From Candidatus Multivoradales bacterium (GTDB lineage Bacteria > Acidobacteriota > Thermoanaerobaculia > Multivoradales > JAHEKO01), in contig CBDCVR010000015.1 of NCBI GenBank assembly GCA_965223155.1, positions 832,001 to 896,000 on the forward strand: 64,000 nt of DNA, written 5' to 3'. The notes beneath the pieces are model-generated. The model searched no databases. It saw nothing but the letters and a program-made list of their open reading frames with translations, and was not told the DNA's origin. The position numbers were made by a program, and so were the translations under genes. Numbering within the stretch: position 1 is the first letter of the stretch; the number at the start of each line of letters is the position of its first letter. This document shows, piece by piece, positions 48,341 through 57,672 of this stretch.

Positions 48341-50115
48341 TAGTCCGCCAGCTCGGCTTCGATGTAGCGGTCGATCGCTTCTTCGAGCACGGGCAGCGGC
48401 ACCGAGCCGTTTCGGAGCACGGCGTCGTGGAACTCACGGACGTCGAAGTCGTCGCCGAGCTTGTTTTCGGCCCTCTTTCTCAACTCTTTGATCTTGAGCT
48501 CGCCCAGCTTGTAGGACAGGGCCTGCCCGGGCCAGGAGATGTAGCGGTCGGTCTCGGTCGTGACCTCGTGGAGGGGCAGGGCCGTGTTCGACCCCAAGAA
48601 CTCCATCACTTGCTCGCGCGTCCATCCCATCGCATGGACGCCGGTGTCCACGACCAGCCGGCAGGCCCGCCACATCTCGTAGGTCAGGCGCCCGAAGTTC
48701 GAGTAGGGATCCGTGTAGAAGCCGGCCTCGAGTCCCAGCCATTCGGAATAGAGGCCCCAGCCCTCTCCGAAGGCCGAGATGTAGGAAAACCGCCGGAAGT
48801 TGGGCAGGCCCTCGAGCTCGCGGTTGAGAGCGATCTGGAAGTGGTGCCCGGGCACGGCTTCGTGGAGGGATAAGGCTTCGAGGTTGTAGAGCGGTCGCGA
48901 CGGCAGGTTGTAGGTGTTGACCCAGTAGCGGCCGGGCTCGGTGCTGCCCAGCGGCGGTCCGACGTAGCGCCCGGCCGTGTACTTGGGAGCCAGATAGTCG
49001 GGCACGGGCTCGACCGTGTAGGACAGCCGCGGCAGGGTCTTGAAGAGCGACGGCAGCTTGCCGTCCATCCGCTTCGAGATCCAGGCAGCCTCCTTCAAGA
49101 GCGCCTCCGGACTGTCCACGTAGAACTGCGGATCGGTGCGCAGGAAGTCCAGGAACTCGGCGAAGGTGCCCGCAAAGCCCACCTCCTCGATGATGGTCTC
49201 CATCTCCGCCCGGATGCGCGCGACCTCGGACTTGCCGATCTCGTGGATCTCCTCGGGGGTGAGATCGAGGGTGGTGAAGTTCCGGATCGTGTGCTGGTAG
49301 TAGGCGCGCCCGTCGGGGAGCTCGACCGCGCCCAGGGTCTCGCGCGCGCCCGGGATGTACTCCTCGGTCATGAAGTCGTAGAACGCCTGGTAGGCCGGAA
49401 CGACGGCTTCGAGGATGGCTTGGCTACCCTCCGCGGCCAGGCGCGCACGCTCCTCGTCCGAAAAGCTCGGCGGAAACTTCGCAAACGGCTCCCACAGCAC
49501 GCTGTCTTCGGCCTCCTCCACCACGTGGGAAGAGATCGTGTCCTCAATGCCATCTAGCACCACCCGGGCCAGGGTCATGCCGCGGGCCAGCCCCGCTTTC
49601 ATGTTGGCGATGTGCTGCCGGGTGTACCCCGAAAAAGCGTTGAGGCGGGCGATCAGGTTGTCGTAGTCGTGGACGGTCGCCAGCGGTACGTTCTTGTGCA
49701 GGCGCGCAAAGCCGCTGTGAAACCCCGAGTCGGCGTTGATCGGGATCTCGTAGGTCTTGAAGCCGTGCGCCGCGACGCGCAGCTCAAGCTGCCGCCGGAA
49801 GATGTCGTAGTTGATCTGGGACATCCGGTCCAGGGCCTCGCGATCGATCGCCGCGAGCTCGGCTAGAAAGGCCTCGGTCTCGGCCGCGGCTTGCGCCCGA
49901 GCCTCGGGGCCCACGTCCGGCAGCTTGTCGTTCCACTCGTGCCGGCCTACCGACGTGGCCAGCAACGGATTGTTGGCCACGCGCCACTCCCACTCCCGCG
50001 CGAAGAGCTCTTCGAGCTCCGCTGCCCCAGCAGAATTATCCGATGCAGAGACCGTCGTCGTACGTGCCGCGACGACCGCGAGCATCATCAGCGCGAAACA
50101 AGTCAATCTACGCAT
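48340..50115 (-). CDS. DUF885 family exported protein
   Basis: Signal peptide; HEAVPGHH.Q, EGWGLYSE, RLVVDTG.H, PGQALSYK. Confidence 0.92.
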   Translation of the reverse strand: MRRLTCFALMMLAVVAARTTTVSASDNSAGAAELEELFAREWEWRVANNPLLATSVGRHEWNDKLPDVGPEARAQAAAETEAFLAELAAIDREALDRMSQINYDIFRRQLELRVAAHGFKTYEIPINADSGFHSGFARLHKNVPLATVHDYDNLIARLNAFSGYTRQHIANMKAGLARGMTLARVVLDGIEDTISSHVVEEAEDSVLWEPFAKFPPSFSDEERARLAAEGSQAILEAVVPAYQAFYDFMTEEYIPGARETLGAVELPDGRAYYQHTIRNFTTLDLTPEEIHEIGKSEVARIRAEMETIIEEVGFAGTFAEFLDFLRTDPQFYVDSPEALLKEAAWISKRMDGKLPSLFKTLPRLSYTVEPVPDYLAPKYTAGRYVGPPLGSTEPGRYWVNTYNLPSRPLYNLEALSLHEAVPGHHFQIALNRELEGLPNFRRFSYISAFGEGWGLYSEWLGLEAGFYTDPYSNFGRLTYEMWRACRLVVDTGVHAMGWTREQVMEFLGSNTALPLHEVTTETDRYISWPGQALSYKLGELKIKELRKRAENKLGDDFDVREFHDAVLRNGSVPLPVLEEAIDRYIEAELAD

Positions 50116-50177
50116 CCCTGACTCCTTCTTTGTTTGCGAACCCCTGAGAGGCGTGGTCCCGGCGGGGTTTCCGGATC

Positions 50178-50867
50178 TTACTCCTCGTCGTCATCGAGAC
50201 CGAGTTGGCGCCTCAGGTCCGAGACCGAACGGTCTAGTTCGTCCACTCGGCCCTCCAGAACCTCGAGCTTTTGAGCGAGCACCGCACGGGGTCGGGCCAT
50301 CGGCTCCTCTTGGGACTTGGGCAAAGGCGCCTGCGCGGGATCCGCAACGGCTCTGCTACGAGACTCGGCCGCCTCGCCGCCCAGAAGCTGCATCCACCGG
50401 CTTTCTTTCTGCCCCGGCCGCCGCGCCAGCTCGGTCACGAGATCCCGATCCTCGACGGCCATCCGCCGGAGCGCGCCGTTGACGTCCTCGAGCTCGGCGA
50501 ACTCATGGAGCCGGCGGGTCCGCGTTCGGAGCTCGCCCACGGTCTGCGGACCGCGCAGCATCAAGACCGTCAACACCGCCTTTTCCCCGGCATCGAGCTC
50601 CAGGCGCCTGCTGATCGACTGCTTCCACTTCTGAGCGCGGGCGCCCTCGGTCTTCCAGACCAGCGTGGTCTCAGCCAGGGAGTCCAGGGCCTCGTAGACC
50701 TCGCTCTCGGTGAGAGCCGTCACCGGATCGCGATTGCTCTTCTGGTTGCAGCCGGCGAGAAGGGCGTTGACGGTCATCGGGTAGTACTCGGGCGTCGCCT
50801 GCTCCTTTTCCAGCAGGGTGCCGAGAACCCGGACTTGGACCGGGTCGAGATCATCGATGATCCGCAT
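50178..50867 (-). CDS. YceH/DUF480 family protein
   Basis: RVLGTLLEKE.ATPEYYP, CNQKSNRDP, LRGPQTVGEL, PGQKESR. Confidence 0.9.
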   Translation of the reverse strand: MRIIDDLDPVQVRVLGTLLEKEQATPEYYPMTVNALLAGCNQKSNRDPVTALTESEVYEALDSLAETTLVWKTEGARAQKWKQSISRRLELDAGEKAVLTVLMLRGPQTVGELRTRTRRLHEFAELEDVNGALRRMAVEDRDLVTELARRPGQKESRWMQLLGGEAAESRSRAVADPAQAPLPKSQEEPMARPRAVLAQKLEVLEGRVDELDRSVSDLRRQLGLDDDEE

Positions 50868-50891
50868 GCCTCCGGGCGCTCTCCGGACGCG

Positions 50892-53800
50892 CTACTCCGG
50901 CTGCCAGGCCGGTATCCGGCCCGGCGTCCAGGGTGCGCCCGCGGCTTCCATCTCGGCCTCGAGCTCGCCGAGATCCTCCTCGACCAATGCCCTGAGCGCG
51001 CCAAGAACCGGCTCGAACGCCTCGGCGGCGATGTCGTAGGCGCGCCGGTGGGTGGCGGTGGGCGCCGAGCTCGACGTCCAGCTGCCGCCCACGGCACGGC
51101 CGATCCGGGCCGAGATCGAAGGCGGCGTGGGCTCGAAGCGGCGGGAGACGGTCCGGTCTCCCTGAAGCGAGACCTTGAGGTCCTCGAGGCGGGTTTCGAG
51201 ATCTTCGAGCCGTGCCACCCAAGCCTCGCTTTCGGTCGGCGTGTCGAGAGCGGCGCGGCGCAGGTGCTGGATCCGGGTTTCGGTCTCTCCGACCACGCGG
51301 TTGGCGCCCTGGACCGCCCGCTGCAAGCGGGCGAGCTTCTTCTGGAAGGCGAGGAGAGCGGCCTTGTCGTCGGCCGGCAACGAGACCGTACCGGTCGGCA
51401 CCGTCTCGAACGTCTCCGGCCCGGCGAGCTCGGTCAGCTCGTTGTTCTCGAACTTGGCGAGACTCACCGAGTAGGTCCCGGGAACCACCATCGGTCCCAT
51501 GGGATCGCTCGAGAAGGCGTTCCGCGCTCGCGGTGTGAGGCGAGCGGGGTCGTGCGGCGGATACCGAAGATCCCAGCTCACCCGATGGAGGCCCTTCTCG
51601 GCCGGACCGGTCAGGCGGCGAACGACGTGTCCGTCGGAGTCCCGCACGGTCAGGACGATCGCTGGATCCTGGGCGCGATCTTCGGCCCGGAGCTCTTCCC
51701 AGCTCGGGTAGCCGACGTCCTCGCCGGCTTCCTTCTCGGCTTCCTCGGACTGGCGCTTCTTCTTCAGGCTCTGGAACCCGTCCTCGAGGTAGTAGGTGAA
51801 GACCGCTCCGTGCGGGGGATTTTCGGCCGTGTAGAACGAGTCCCCCTGGAAGGCGACGTTGTTGTAGCCGAGCTCGAAGCTCTTCATGTACATCCGGGTG
51901 CGCCGCGGAGCGAACAGGATCGCCTCGGCTTCGAGCGCTTCTTCGCTCATCCGCCGGAGCGGCGAGTAGTCGTCGAGGATGAAAAAGCCGCGCCCGAAGG
52001 TGCCGACGACCAAGTCGTTTTCGCGAGCCTGGATCTCGAGGTCGCGCACGTTGATGGTCGGCATGCCGGCGAGCTTCACCCAGCTCGTGCCGCCATTGAC
52101 CGAGACGTAGGCCGCCCACTCGGTGCCGGCAAACAGGAGATCGGCCGTCTCGTGATCCTGGGCGACAGTGTAGACCGTGCCCTTGTCGGGCAGATCGCCG
52201 GCGATCGACGTCCAACTGCGGCCGCGGTCGGTTGACTTCAGAAGGTACGGCTTGAAGTCACCCGACTTGTGGTTGTCGATCGCCGCGAAGACCGTGTCAG
52301 GGTCGTGCTTCGAAGCTTCGAGGTCGCTCACATACGCCATCGCCGGAACACCAGGAAACGAGTCCTCGCGTCTCCAGTTGGCGCCGCCATCTTCCGAGAT
52401 CTGAATCAAGCCGTCATCGGTGCCGACGTAAAGCAGCCCTTCGATCAGTGGTGATTCCGAGACCGACACGATCGTGCCGAAGAACGAGGTCGATCGGTTC
52501 TTCGACACGGTGTCCACACCCCAGACCTTCCCCATGACCTCGAGCCGGTTCCGGTCCAGGTTCCGGGTCAGATCGCCGGAGACCGGCCGCCAGGAGTCAC
52601 CCCGGTCGTCCGAGCGATACAGGCGCTGCGAGGCGAAGTAGAGGCGAGTCGAGGCGTGCGGACTGATCGCGAACGCCGAATCCCAATTCCAACGCGGCGG
52701 ATCCTCTCCGGGCTCGGTCTGGGGCTTGATGTCGGTTCGCTCCCAGCTCTTCTTGTCGAGCCGGACCAGGCCGCCGTACTGCCACTGGGAGTAGACGATG
52801 TCGGGGTTGTCGGGATCGACCCCCGGGTCGAAGCCGTCGCCGCCCACGGTCACGTACCAGTCCCGGTTGGTGATGCCGTGCTCGGAGGTGGTCCGGGAAG
52901 GACCGCCCAAGGTGGAATTGTCTTGGGTGCCGCCATAGACGTTGTAGAAGGGCAGCGCGTTATCGACCGCGATCTTGTAAAACTGCGTGATCGGCAAATT
53001 GGCCTTGAAATCCCAGGTCGCGCCCCGGTCCCAGGTCTCATAGACGCCGCCGTCGCAGCCCGAGATCATGTGCCGGGTGTCGTCCGGATCGATCCAGTGG
53101 GCGTGGCTGTCGACGTGCTTGGCAAACTCCGGGACCTTCTCGAAGCTCTTGCCGCCGTTCTCGGACACATGGAGCCAGGTGTCCATCGAGTAGATCCGGT
53201 CCGGGTTCGTCGGATCGACGAAGATCTCGTTGTAGTACTGGGGCGAGCCCGACACGTAGTCCGAGCGTCTCTCCCAGTTGAGCCCACCGTCGGTCGAGCG
53301 GAAGAAACCACTCTTCTTGCCCAGCGACTCGACGATGGCGTAGACGGTATCCGGTGCCGACGGCGCTACCGCCAGCCCGATCTTGCCCTTGTCCTCCTTC
53401 GGCAGACCGTTTTCGATCTTCGACCAATTGGCACCGCCGTCCGTCGTCTTGTAGACGGTCGATTCCGGACCGCCGTTGATGAGCGTCCAGGTCCGCCGGC
53501 GCCGCTGGTAGGAGGACGCGTACAAGACGTCCGGGGCGCGCGGGTCCATCCAGACTTCGTTGACCCCGGTGTGCTCGCCGATCTCGAGCACTCGCTGCCA
53601 GGTCTCGCCGCCGTCGGTCGTCTTGTAGACGCCGCGCTCACCGCCGGCCCGCCAGAGCGGGCCCTGAGCGGCGACGTAGACCGTCGCCGAATCGCGCGGA
53701 TCCACCACGATCCGCCCGATGTGTTCCGACTCGCCCAGGCCCACGTTCTTCCAGTTCTTGCCGGCGTCCTGGGACTTGTAGACCCCATCGCCGTAGGAGA

Positions 53801-54203
53801 CCGAGCGCTGCGAGTTGTTCTCGCCGGTACCGACCCAGATCACGTCCGGGTTGTTGGGGTCCAGGGTGATGCACCCGATCGAAAACGATCCCTCGCCGTC
53901 GAAGATAGGCGTCCAGGTGGTGCCCGCGTTGATCGTCTTCCACACCCCGCCGGAAGCCGCGGTCACGTACCAGATGCTCGAGTCGTCCGGATGCACGACG
54001 AGATCCGAGATCCGGCCCGAGGCGATCGCGGGACCGATCTCGCGCAGCGGCAACCCGGCCAGGAGCTCGGCCGAGACCCGAAGCTCGGAGCCATCCGGGC
54101 TCGCGGCCGAGGCCTTGGCTTTGCCCCGCTTGGCGGCGGCCGGTTCGGCAGCCCCGGCGAGAACGGTCCAGGTGACAAGAATTCCGACCAAAGTCCGCGT
54201 CAT
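50892..54203 (-). CDS. Exported VPS10/BNR-repeat glycosyl hydrolase-like protein (paralog 1)
   Basis: IGP..SGRI, many S.DGG..W Asp-boxes, GGTQDN, GTFGRG; signal peptide. Confidence 0.88.
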   Translation of the reverse strand: MTRTLVGILVTWTVLAGAAEPAAAKRGKAKASAASPDGSELRVSAELLAGLPLREIGPAIASGRISDLVVHPDDSSIWYVTAASGGVWKTINAGTTWTPIFDGEGSFSIGCITLDPNNPDVIWVGTGENNSQRSVSYGDGVYKSQDAGKNWKNVGLGESEHIGRIVVDPRDSATVYVAAQGPLWRAGGERGVYKTTDGGETWQRVLEIGEHTGVNEVWMDPRAPDVLYASSYQRRRRTWTLINGGPESTVYKTTDGGANWSKIENGLPKEDKGKIGLAVAPSAPDTVYAIVESLGKKSGFFRSTDGGLNWERRSDYVSGSPQYYNEIFVDPTNPDRIYSMDTWLHVSENGGKSFEKVPEFAKHVDSHAHWIDPDDTRHMISGCDGGVYETWDRGATWDFKANLPITQFYKIAVDNALPFYNVYGGTQDNSTLGGPSRTTSEHGITNRDWYVTVGGDGFDPGVDPDNPDIVYSQWQYGGLVRLDKKSWERTDIKPQTEPGEDPPRWNWDSAFAISPHASTRLYFASQRLYRSDDRGDSWRPVSGDLTRNLDRNRLEVMGKVWGVDTVSKNRSTSFFGTIVSVSESPLIEGLLYVGTDDGLIQISEDGGANWRREDSFPGVPAMAYVSDLEASKHDPDTVFAAIDNHKSGDFKPYLLKSTDRGRSWTSIAGDLPDKGTVYTVAQDHETADLLFAGTEWAAYVSVNGGTSWVKLAGMPTINVRDLEIQARENDLVVGTFGRGFFILDDYSPLRRMSEEALEAEAILFAPRRTRMYMKSFELGYNNVAFQGDSFYTAENPPHGAVFTYYLEDGFQSLKKKRQSEEAEKEAGEDVGYPSWEELRAEDRAQDPAIVLTVRDSDGHVVRRLTGPAEKGLHRVSWDLRYPPHDPARLTPRARNAFSSDPMGPMVVPGTYSVSLAKFENNELTELAGPETFETVPTGTVSLPADDKAALLAFQKKLARLQRAVQGANRVVGETETRIQHLRRAALDTPTESEAWVARLEDLETRLEDLKVSLQGDRTVSRRFEPTPPSISARIGRAVGGSWTSSSAPTATHRRAYDIAAEAFEPVLGALRALVEEDLGELEAEMEAAGAPWTPGRIPAWQPE

Positions 54204-54379
54204 CGCTTACCTCTTTCTCCTCAGGAACTTGAAGCCGGGGGACCGTCCGCCGTCGGGAAGACCGGAGCCCGCGCTCCGCTGGTCGAGGAAGGCCGCAAGG
54301 CTATCACCACGCGCTCCGCGCGCCGGCCGCGGATCCGTACCGCTCGCCCGAGGCTTCTTGCCCCTATACTTCGAGCATC

Positions 54380-54658
54380 TTGCGCCCGGCCCGCCCCAAC
54401 CCCGAAGTGCTCTTTCGACACGTGAACGACGAGACCATCCTCGTGCACCTCGACTCGGGAGCAATCTTCTCGCTCAACGAGACCGGATCGCGGTACTGGC
54501 AGCTCCTCGAGTCGGGACTGGCGCCCGAGGCGCTCCTGGACCGAATGGCCGAGGAGTTCGACGTGGCCCGCTCTCAGCTCGCCAGGGAGATCGCCGAGCT
54601 GCAGACAAGCCTCCTGGAGGCCGGGTTGGTCGAAGTCGGCGCTCCTGCGGTTGACTAG
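54380..54658 (+). CRISPR. placeholder
   Basis: not a CRISPR; disregard, see the CDS entry at the same coordinates. Confidence 0.
54380..54658 (+). CDS. PqqD-family RiPP recognition element (lasso B1-like)
   Basis: V.FR.V.DE.ILV.L.SG..FSLNETG...WQLL ... EFDV ... L.EAGLV pattern; 92 aa; TTG start. Confidence 0.85.
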   Translation: MRPARPNPEVLFRHVNDETILVHLDSGAIFSLNETGSRYWQLLESGLAPEALLDRMAEEFDVARSQLAREIAELQTSLLEAGLVEVGAPAVD

Positions 54659-56555
54659 GCCGCCTGAGATCGACATGGCCGCCTGGGCTCTCAGCTGGCT
54701 ACCCGAGATCGAGGCCGAGCCCCGGCTCTACGGCGATCCTCCGGGACCGGACTCCTCCGTCAGCCTTTCTCGCTCGGACGCCGGCGACTTTTCGTTATTC
54801 GACGGCTACCTCCTCGACCCGGGCAAGCTTTCTGCCCGGTCCGACCCAACGGCTTCGAACGCCGAGATCCTCGCCCGCGCCGATGGCGACGGGACGCCCA
54901 GGATCCTCGACCGGCTGCGCGGGAGCTTCGTCTGGATCGTCTGGAACGCCCAGCGCCGTCGGCTGACGGTAGTCCGGGACCTGGCCGGGCTCACCCCCTG
55001 CTTCTTCACTTGGGATGGGAGCGCGCTTCTCGTCGCGCGCCGACCCGACGCGCTCCTGAGGCTCGGCCGTGACCTGGGGCGACTCGACTTTGCCGTCAAC
55101 CGGGAGGCCGTCGCCGAGTACCTGGCGTCGTCCTATTCGGAGGCGCTCGCCGACGAGACCTTCATCAGCAAGGTCAGGCGACTGCGGCCGGCGCACCTGC
55201 TGCGGCTCGACCGGACCGGCCTGGAGATCGATCGCTACTGGGCGCCGCTGCCGGGGGGATTCGCTTGGGCCACGGCGGACGAGGCCGCAACCTTCCCCCA
55301 GGTGCTCGAAGCCGCAGTGGCTCGCTGCCTCGACGCGGGGGCGGACTCGCTGGCCCTGAGCGGCGGCTTCGATTCGGTGAGCCTGGCGGTGCTGGCCGCC
55401 CGGTTGCGCGGTAGCCGGGCGCCACTCGACGCCGTCTCGCTTCACTTCGACGGCGGTGACTGCGACGAGAGCGCCACCCAGACGGCGGTCGCCCGCGCCC
55501 TCGGCATGCCCCAGACCATCCGATCGCTCGCCCAGAGTCTTGGAGACCGCAATCCGGTCGAGGCCGCCCTGGCTCTCTCCGGCGAGAGCCCGGTGCCGGT
55601 GCTGAGCGTATGGCAAGCGTTCTACACCGGTCTCATGGCGAGCATGCGCCCCAGGAAGAGCGGCCTGATGCTGGGAACCGGCGGCGACGAACTCATGGCC
55701 GTCGATGGAAAATATGGCGCGGACTGTGTGCTCGCGGCCTCGCCGCTCCGCCTCTGGCGGTTCTACGACTCCTGGCGGCGGGCTTCTTCGTTCGGACCGC
55801 TATTTGTTGCCCGCGAGATCTTCTGGCGCCACGGCCTGCGGGCAGCGGGACGCGAGATCCTGCTGCGGGCTCTTGACGCGGGGGTCCCGGAGCTCCAAGC
55901 GCGGATCCTCCGCCGGCGCTGGCGCCGGCGAATCGAGGCCAATACCTGGCTCACCCGCGACGCCGGGCTCCTGGACCGGCTCGAACGCCGACGCTCCGGT
56001 GGTACCGACCTCCGCCAAGTCCGGGAGCCAAGCCTGTACATTCGGTACCTGCGCGCCTTGTTTGACTCGCCGGCCCTGATGATGGAGCTCGATCAGGGAG
56101 CTGCCTGGGCCCAGGCCCAGGGTATTGCCACATTCCTGCCATTTTTCGATCGAGACGTCATCGAGCTGAGCCTCCGCCTGACTCCCGAGCAACTCCTGGC
56201 GGGCGGCGAATCCAAAGCACTCTTGCGGAATCTGGTTCGTGGAGGACTCCCCCAGGTCGAGCTCCCTGCCCGCAAAGTCGGCTTCGGTATGATGGTTCAT
56301 GACGTTCTCCGTAAGAGTGGCCGCGAAATCTGGCAGAATTGGCGTTCGACGCTTCGGCTCGGCGAGATTGGCCTGATCCAGCCGGATCGTGGACAGCGAG
56401 CCCTCGATGGCTATTTTGCTCATCGCAACAACGATTGGTTCTTGGCGTGGAAGATTCTGAGCGCGGAAGCCTGGCTGAGGCACCATCGGTCGCGGCCGAC
56501 GAGACCACCCCGGCCTCTCTCCGAAAACCCTGGCGAAAGTCCTGGAGGCCCATGA
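54651..56555 (+). CDS. Asparagine-synthetase-like macrolactam synthetase (lasso cyclase C-like)
   Basis: LSGGFDS ATP-pyrophosphatase loop, GTGGDE, LPFFD, EAWLR; no N-terminal Cys; alternative start ATG 54675. Confidence 0.82.
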   Translation: MTRPPEIDMAAWALSWLPEIEAEPRLYGDPPGPDSSVSLSRSDAGDFSLFDGYLLDPGKLSARSDPTASNAEILARADGDGTPRILDRLRGSFVWIVWNAQRRRLTVVRDLAGLTPCFFTWDGSALLVARRPDALLRLGRDLGRLDFAVNREAVAEYLASSYSEALADETFISKVRRLRPAHLLRLDRTGLEIDRYWAPLPGGFAWATADEAATFPQVLEAAVARCLDAGADSLALSGGFDSVSLAVLAARLRGSRAPLDAVSLHFDGGDCDESATQTAVARALGMPQTIRSLAQSLGDRNPVEAALALSGESPVPVLSVWQAFYTGLMASMRPRKSGLMLGTGGDELMAVDGKYGADCVLAASPLRLWRFYDSWRRASSFGPLFVAREIFWRHGLRAAGREILLRALDAGVPELQARILRRRWRRRIEANTWLTRDAGLLDRLERRRSGGTDLRQVREPSLYIRYLRALFDSPALMMELDQGAAWAQAQGIATFLPFFDRDVIELSLRLTPEQLLAGGESKALLRNLVRGGLPQVELPARKVGFGMMVHDVLRKSGREIWQNWRSTLRLGEIGLIQPDRGQRALDGYFAHRNNDWFLAWKILSAEAWLRHHRSRPTRPPRPLSENPGESPGGP

Positions 56556-56662
56556 AGCTGAGCCACCTGGGCTCGATCGGCGATCTCGTTCAGGGAAGCG
56601 GCAAGACCGGCACGGTTCCCGACGGCGATCCCCAATCTGTTCGCAAGACCGGCGTCGGCTAG
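56552..56662 (+). CDS. Putative RiPP precursor peptide MKLSHLGSIGDLVQGSGKTGTVPDGDPQSVRKTGVG
   Basis: ATGA overlap with the cyclase stop; lasso-leader-like (W.P)xKLxxLGxxxxLVQG; true start may be further upstream in frame. Confidence 0.72.
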   Translation: MKLSHLGSIGDLVQGSGKTGTVPDGDPQSVRKTGVG

Positions 56663-57534
56663 GCCGTTCGGTCGTTCTCGAAAACCGCCCGCAGCCGCCG
56701 CACGGTCCGCCGGAACCGCTCGGGCCCGGACGGATACGCAAGACGCGCGACCTCGACCGAGCCGACCAGGTGTAAGCAGGAGGCAGCCATTCGCCGGGTT
56801 GCCTCACCGTCGGCCGGGTCGAAGCGCCAGCAGTGCTTGAGAAGCTCCGGAAAAGCGATTGGCGCGGGAAGGGGTTCAAGGACGGAACCCTCCAGCTCGG
56901 CTGCGCCGTCTCGACGCTCGAGCAGGACGACGCGCCGGATCGGAAGGAATCGGGGCGGCCGCCGCGCATCCGCCAGCCATTCTGAGGGCGGCTCCGAAAA
57001 CCCCTCCGGATCGAAGCCCAGGAGCTCAAAGGCGTCGGGAAGCAGCCTGAGCCGGAACGGCACGAGCCAACCCCGGCAGGATTCACCGTCCGGCTCGAAG
57101 GGCACGAGGTCGTCCGCGGCCACCTGGGCTCCGGAGAGTCCCAGGGCCGCGGCCAGCGTCGACTTGCCGGTGCCCGAGTCTCCGCAAAGCACCGCTACGC
57201 CGCCGGCCGCGACCACGGCGCTGGCATGGAGCGAGGTCAGCCCGCGAGCCTCGAGGATCAGTGGCAGCACCTGGCGCCGGTACACCTCGGCGATCTCGTC
57301 GCCGGCCGCGTCGCCGGCCACCTCGGCAACCGCTGCGGCCGAGGTCTCGGTCCCGAATCGAAAGAGGCCCACGGCATCGAGGCGCAAGAATCGCTCGGCC
57401 CCCAGAGAGCCGGCGGTACCGATCTGGACGCCCCGCGGATCGCACCAGGGCCAGGAGCGACCCCCGCGCGACGTCCAGTCCGCCCCGGGATCGCCCACCG
57501 TCGCGACCCGCTCGATCTTCAACTCCGGTAGCAT
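56659..57534 (-). CDS. HPr-kinase-like protein (RiPP-associated kinase type)
   Basis: LHASAV, GDSGTGKSTL, ADDL motifs; convergent with the precursor, stops overlapping in CTAG. Confidence 0.8.
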   Translation of the reverse strand: MLPELKIERVATVGDPGADWTSRGGRSWPWCDPRGVQIGTAGSLGAERFLRLDAVGLFRFGTETSAAAVAEVAGDAAGDEIAEVYRRQVLPLILEARGLTSLHASAVVAAGGVAVLCGDSGTGKSTLAAALGLSGAQVAADDLVPFEPDGESCRGWLVPFRLRLLPDAFELLGFDPEGFSEPPSEWLADARRPPRFLPIRRVVLLERRDGAAELEGSVLEPLPAPIAFPELLKHCWRFDPADGEATRRMAASCLHLVGSVEVARLAYPSGPERFRRTVRRLRAVFENDRTA

Positions 57535-57672
57535 GGCGCCTCGACCGAATCTTAGCGGCCGGCACCAAGGCCTGTCCCCGACGCCTCGAGCCGCCCCGGC
57601 GGGCTTGTCCAGCCCGATCGAGACGCCGGCCGGTACCGGAAAAAACTGCTGCCCTCGGAGGACCCTAGAACG

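Noticed and set aside
50271-54425. Long plus-strand ORFs 50271..52235 and 52656..54425 (likewise 38813..40801 minus, 26619..28634 minus, 20957..22606 minus)
   Set aside because: Antisense or off-frame shadows of well-supported genes, expected in high-GC DNA; no recognisable motifs.
54380-54658. PQQ biosynthesis (PqqD plus PQQ-like propellers in the window)
   Set aside because: No pqqA/B/C/E is present, and the propeller proteins look like generic repeat proteins rather than quinoprotein dehydrogenases.
54651-56555. Housekeeping asparagine synthetase AsnB
   Set aside because: It lacks the N-terminal Cys glutaminase start and sits with an RRE and a short peptide.
54204-57672. A hidden B2 peptidase in an alternative frame
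   Set aside because: None of the listed ORFs shows the transglutaminase-like C-L...H-A-W pattern, and there is no unassigned space large enough.
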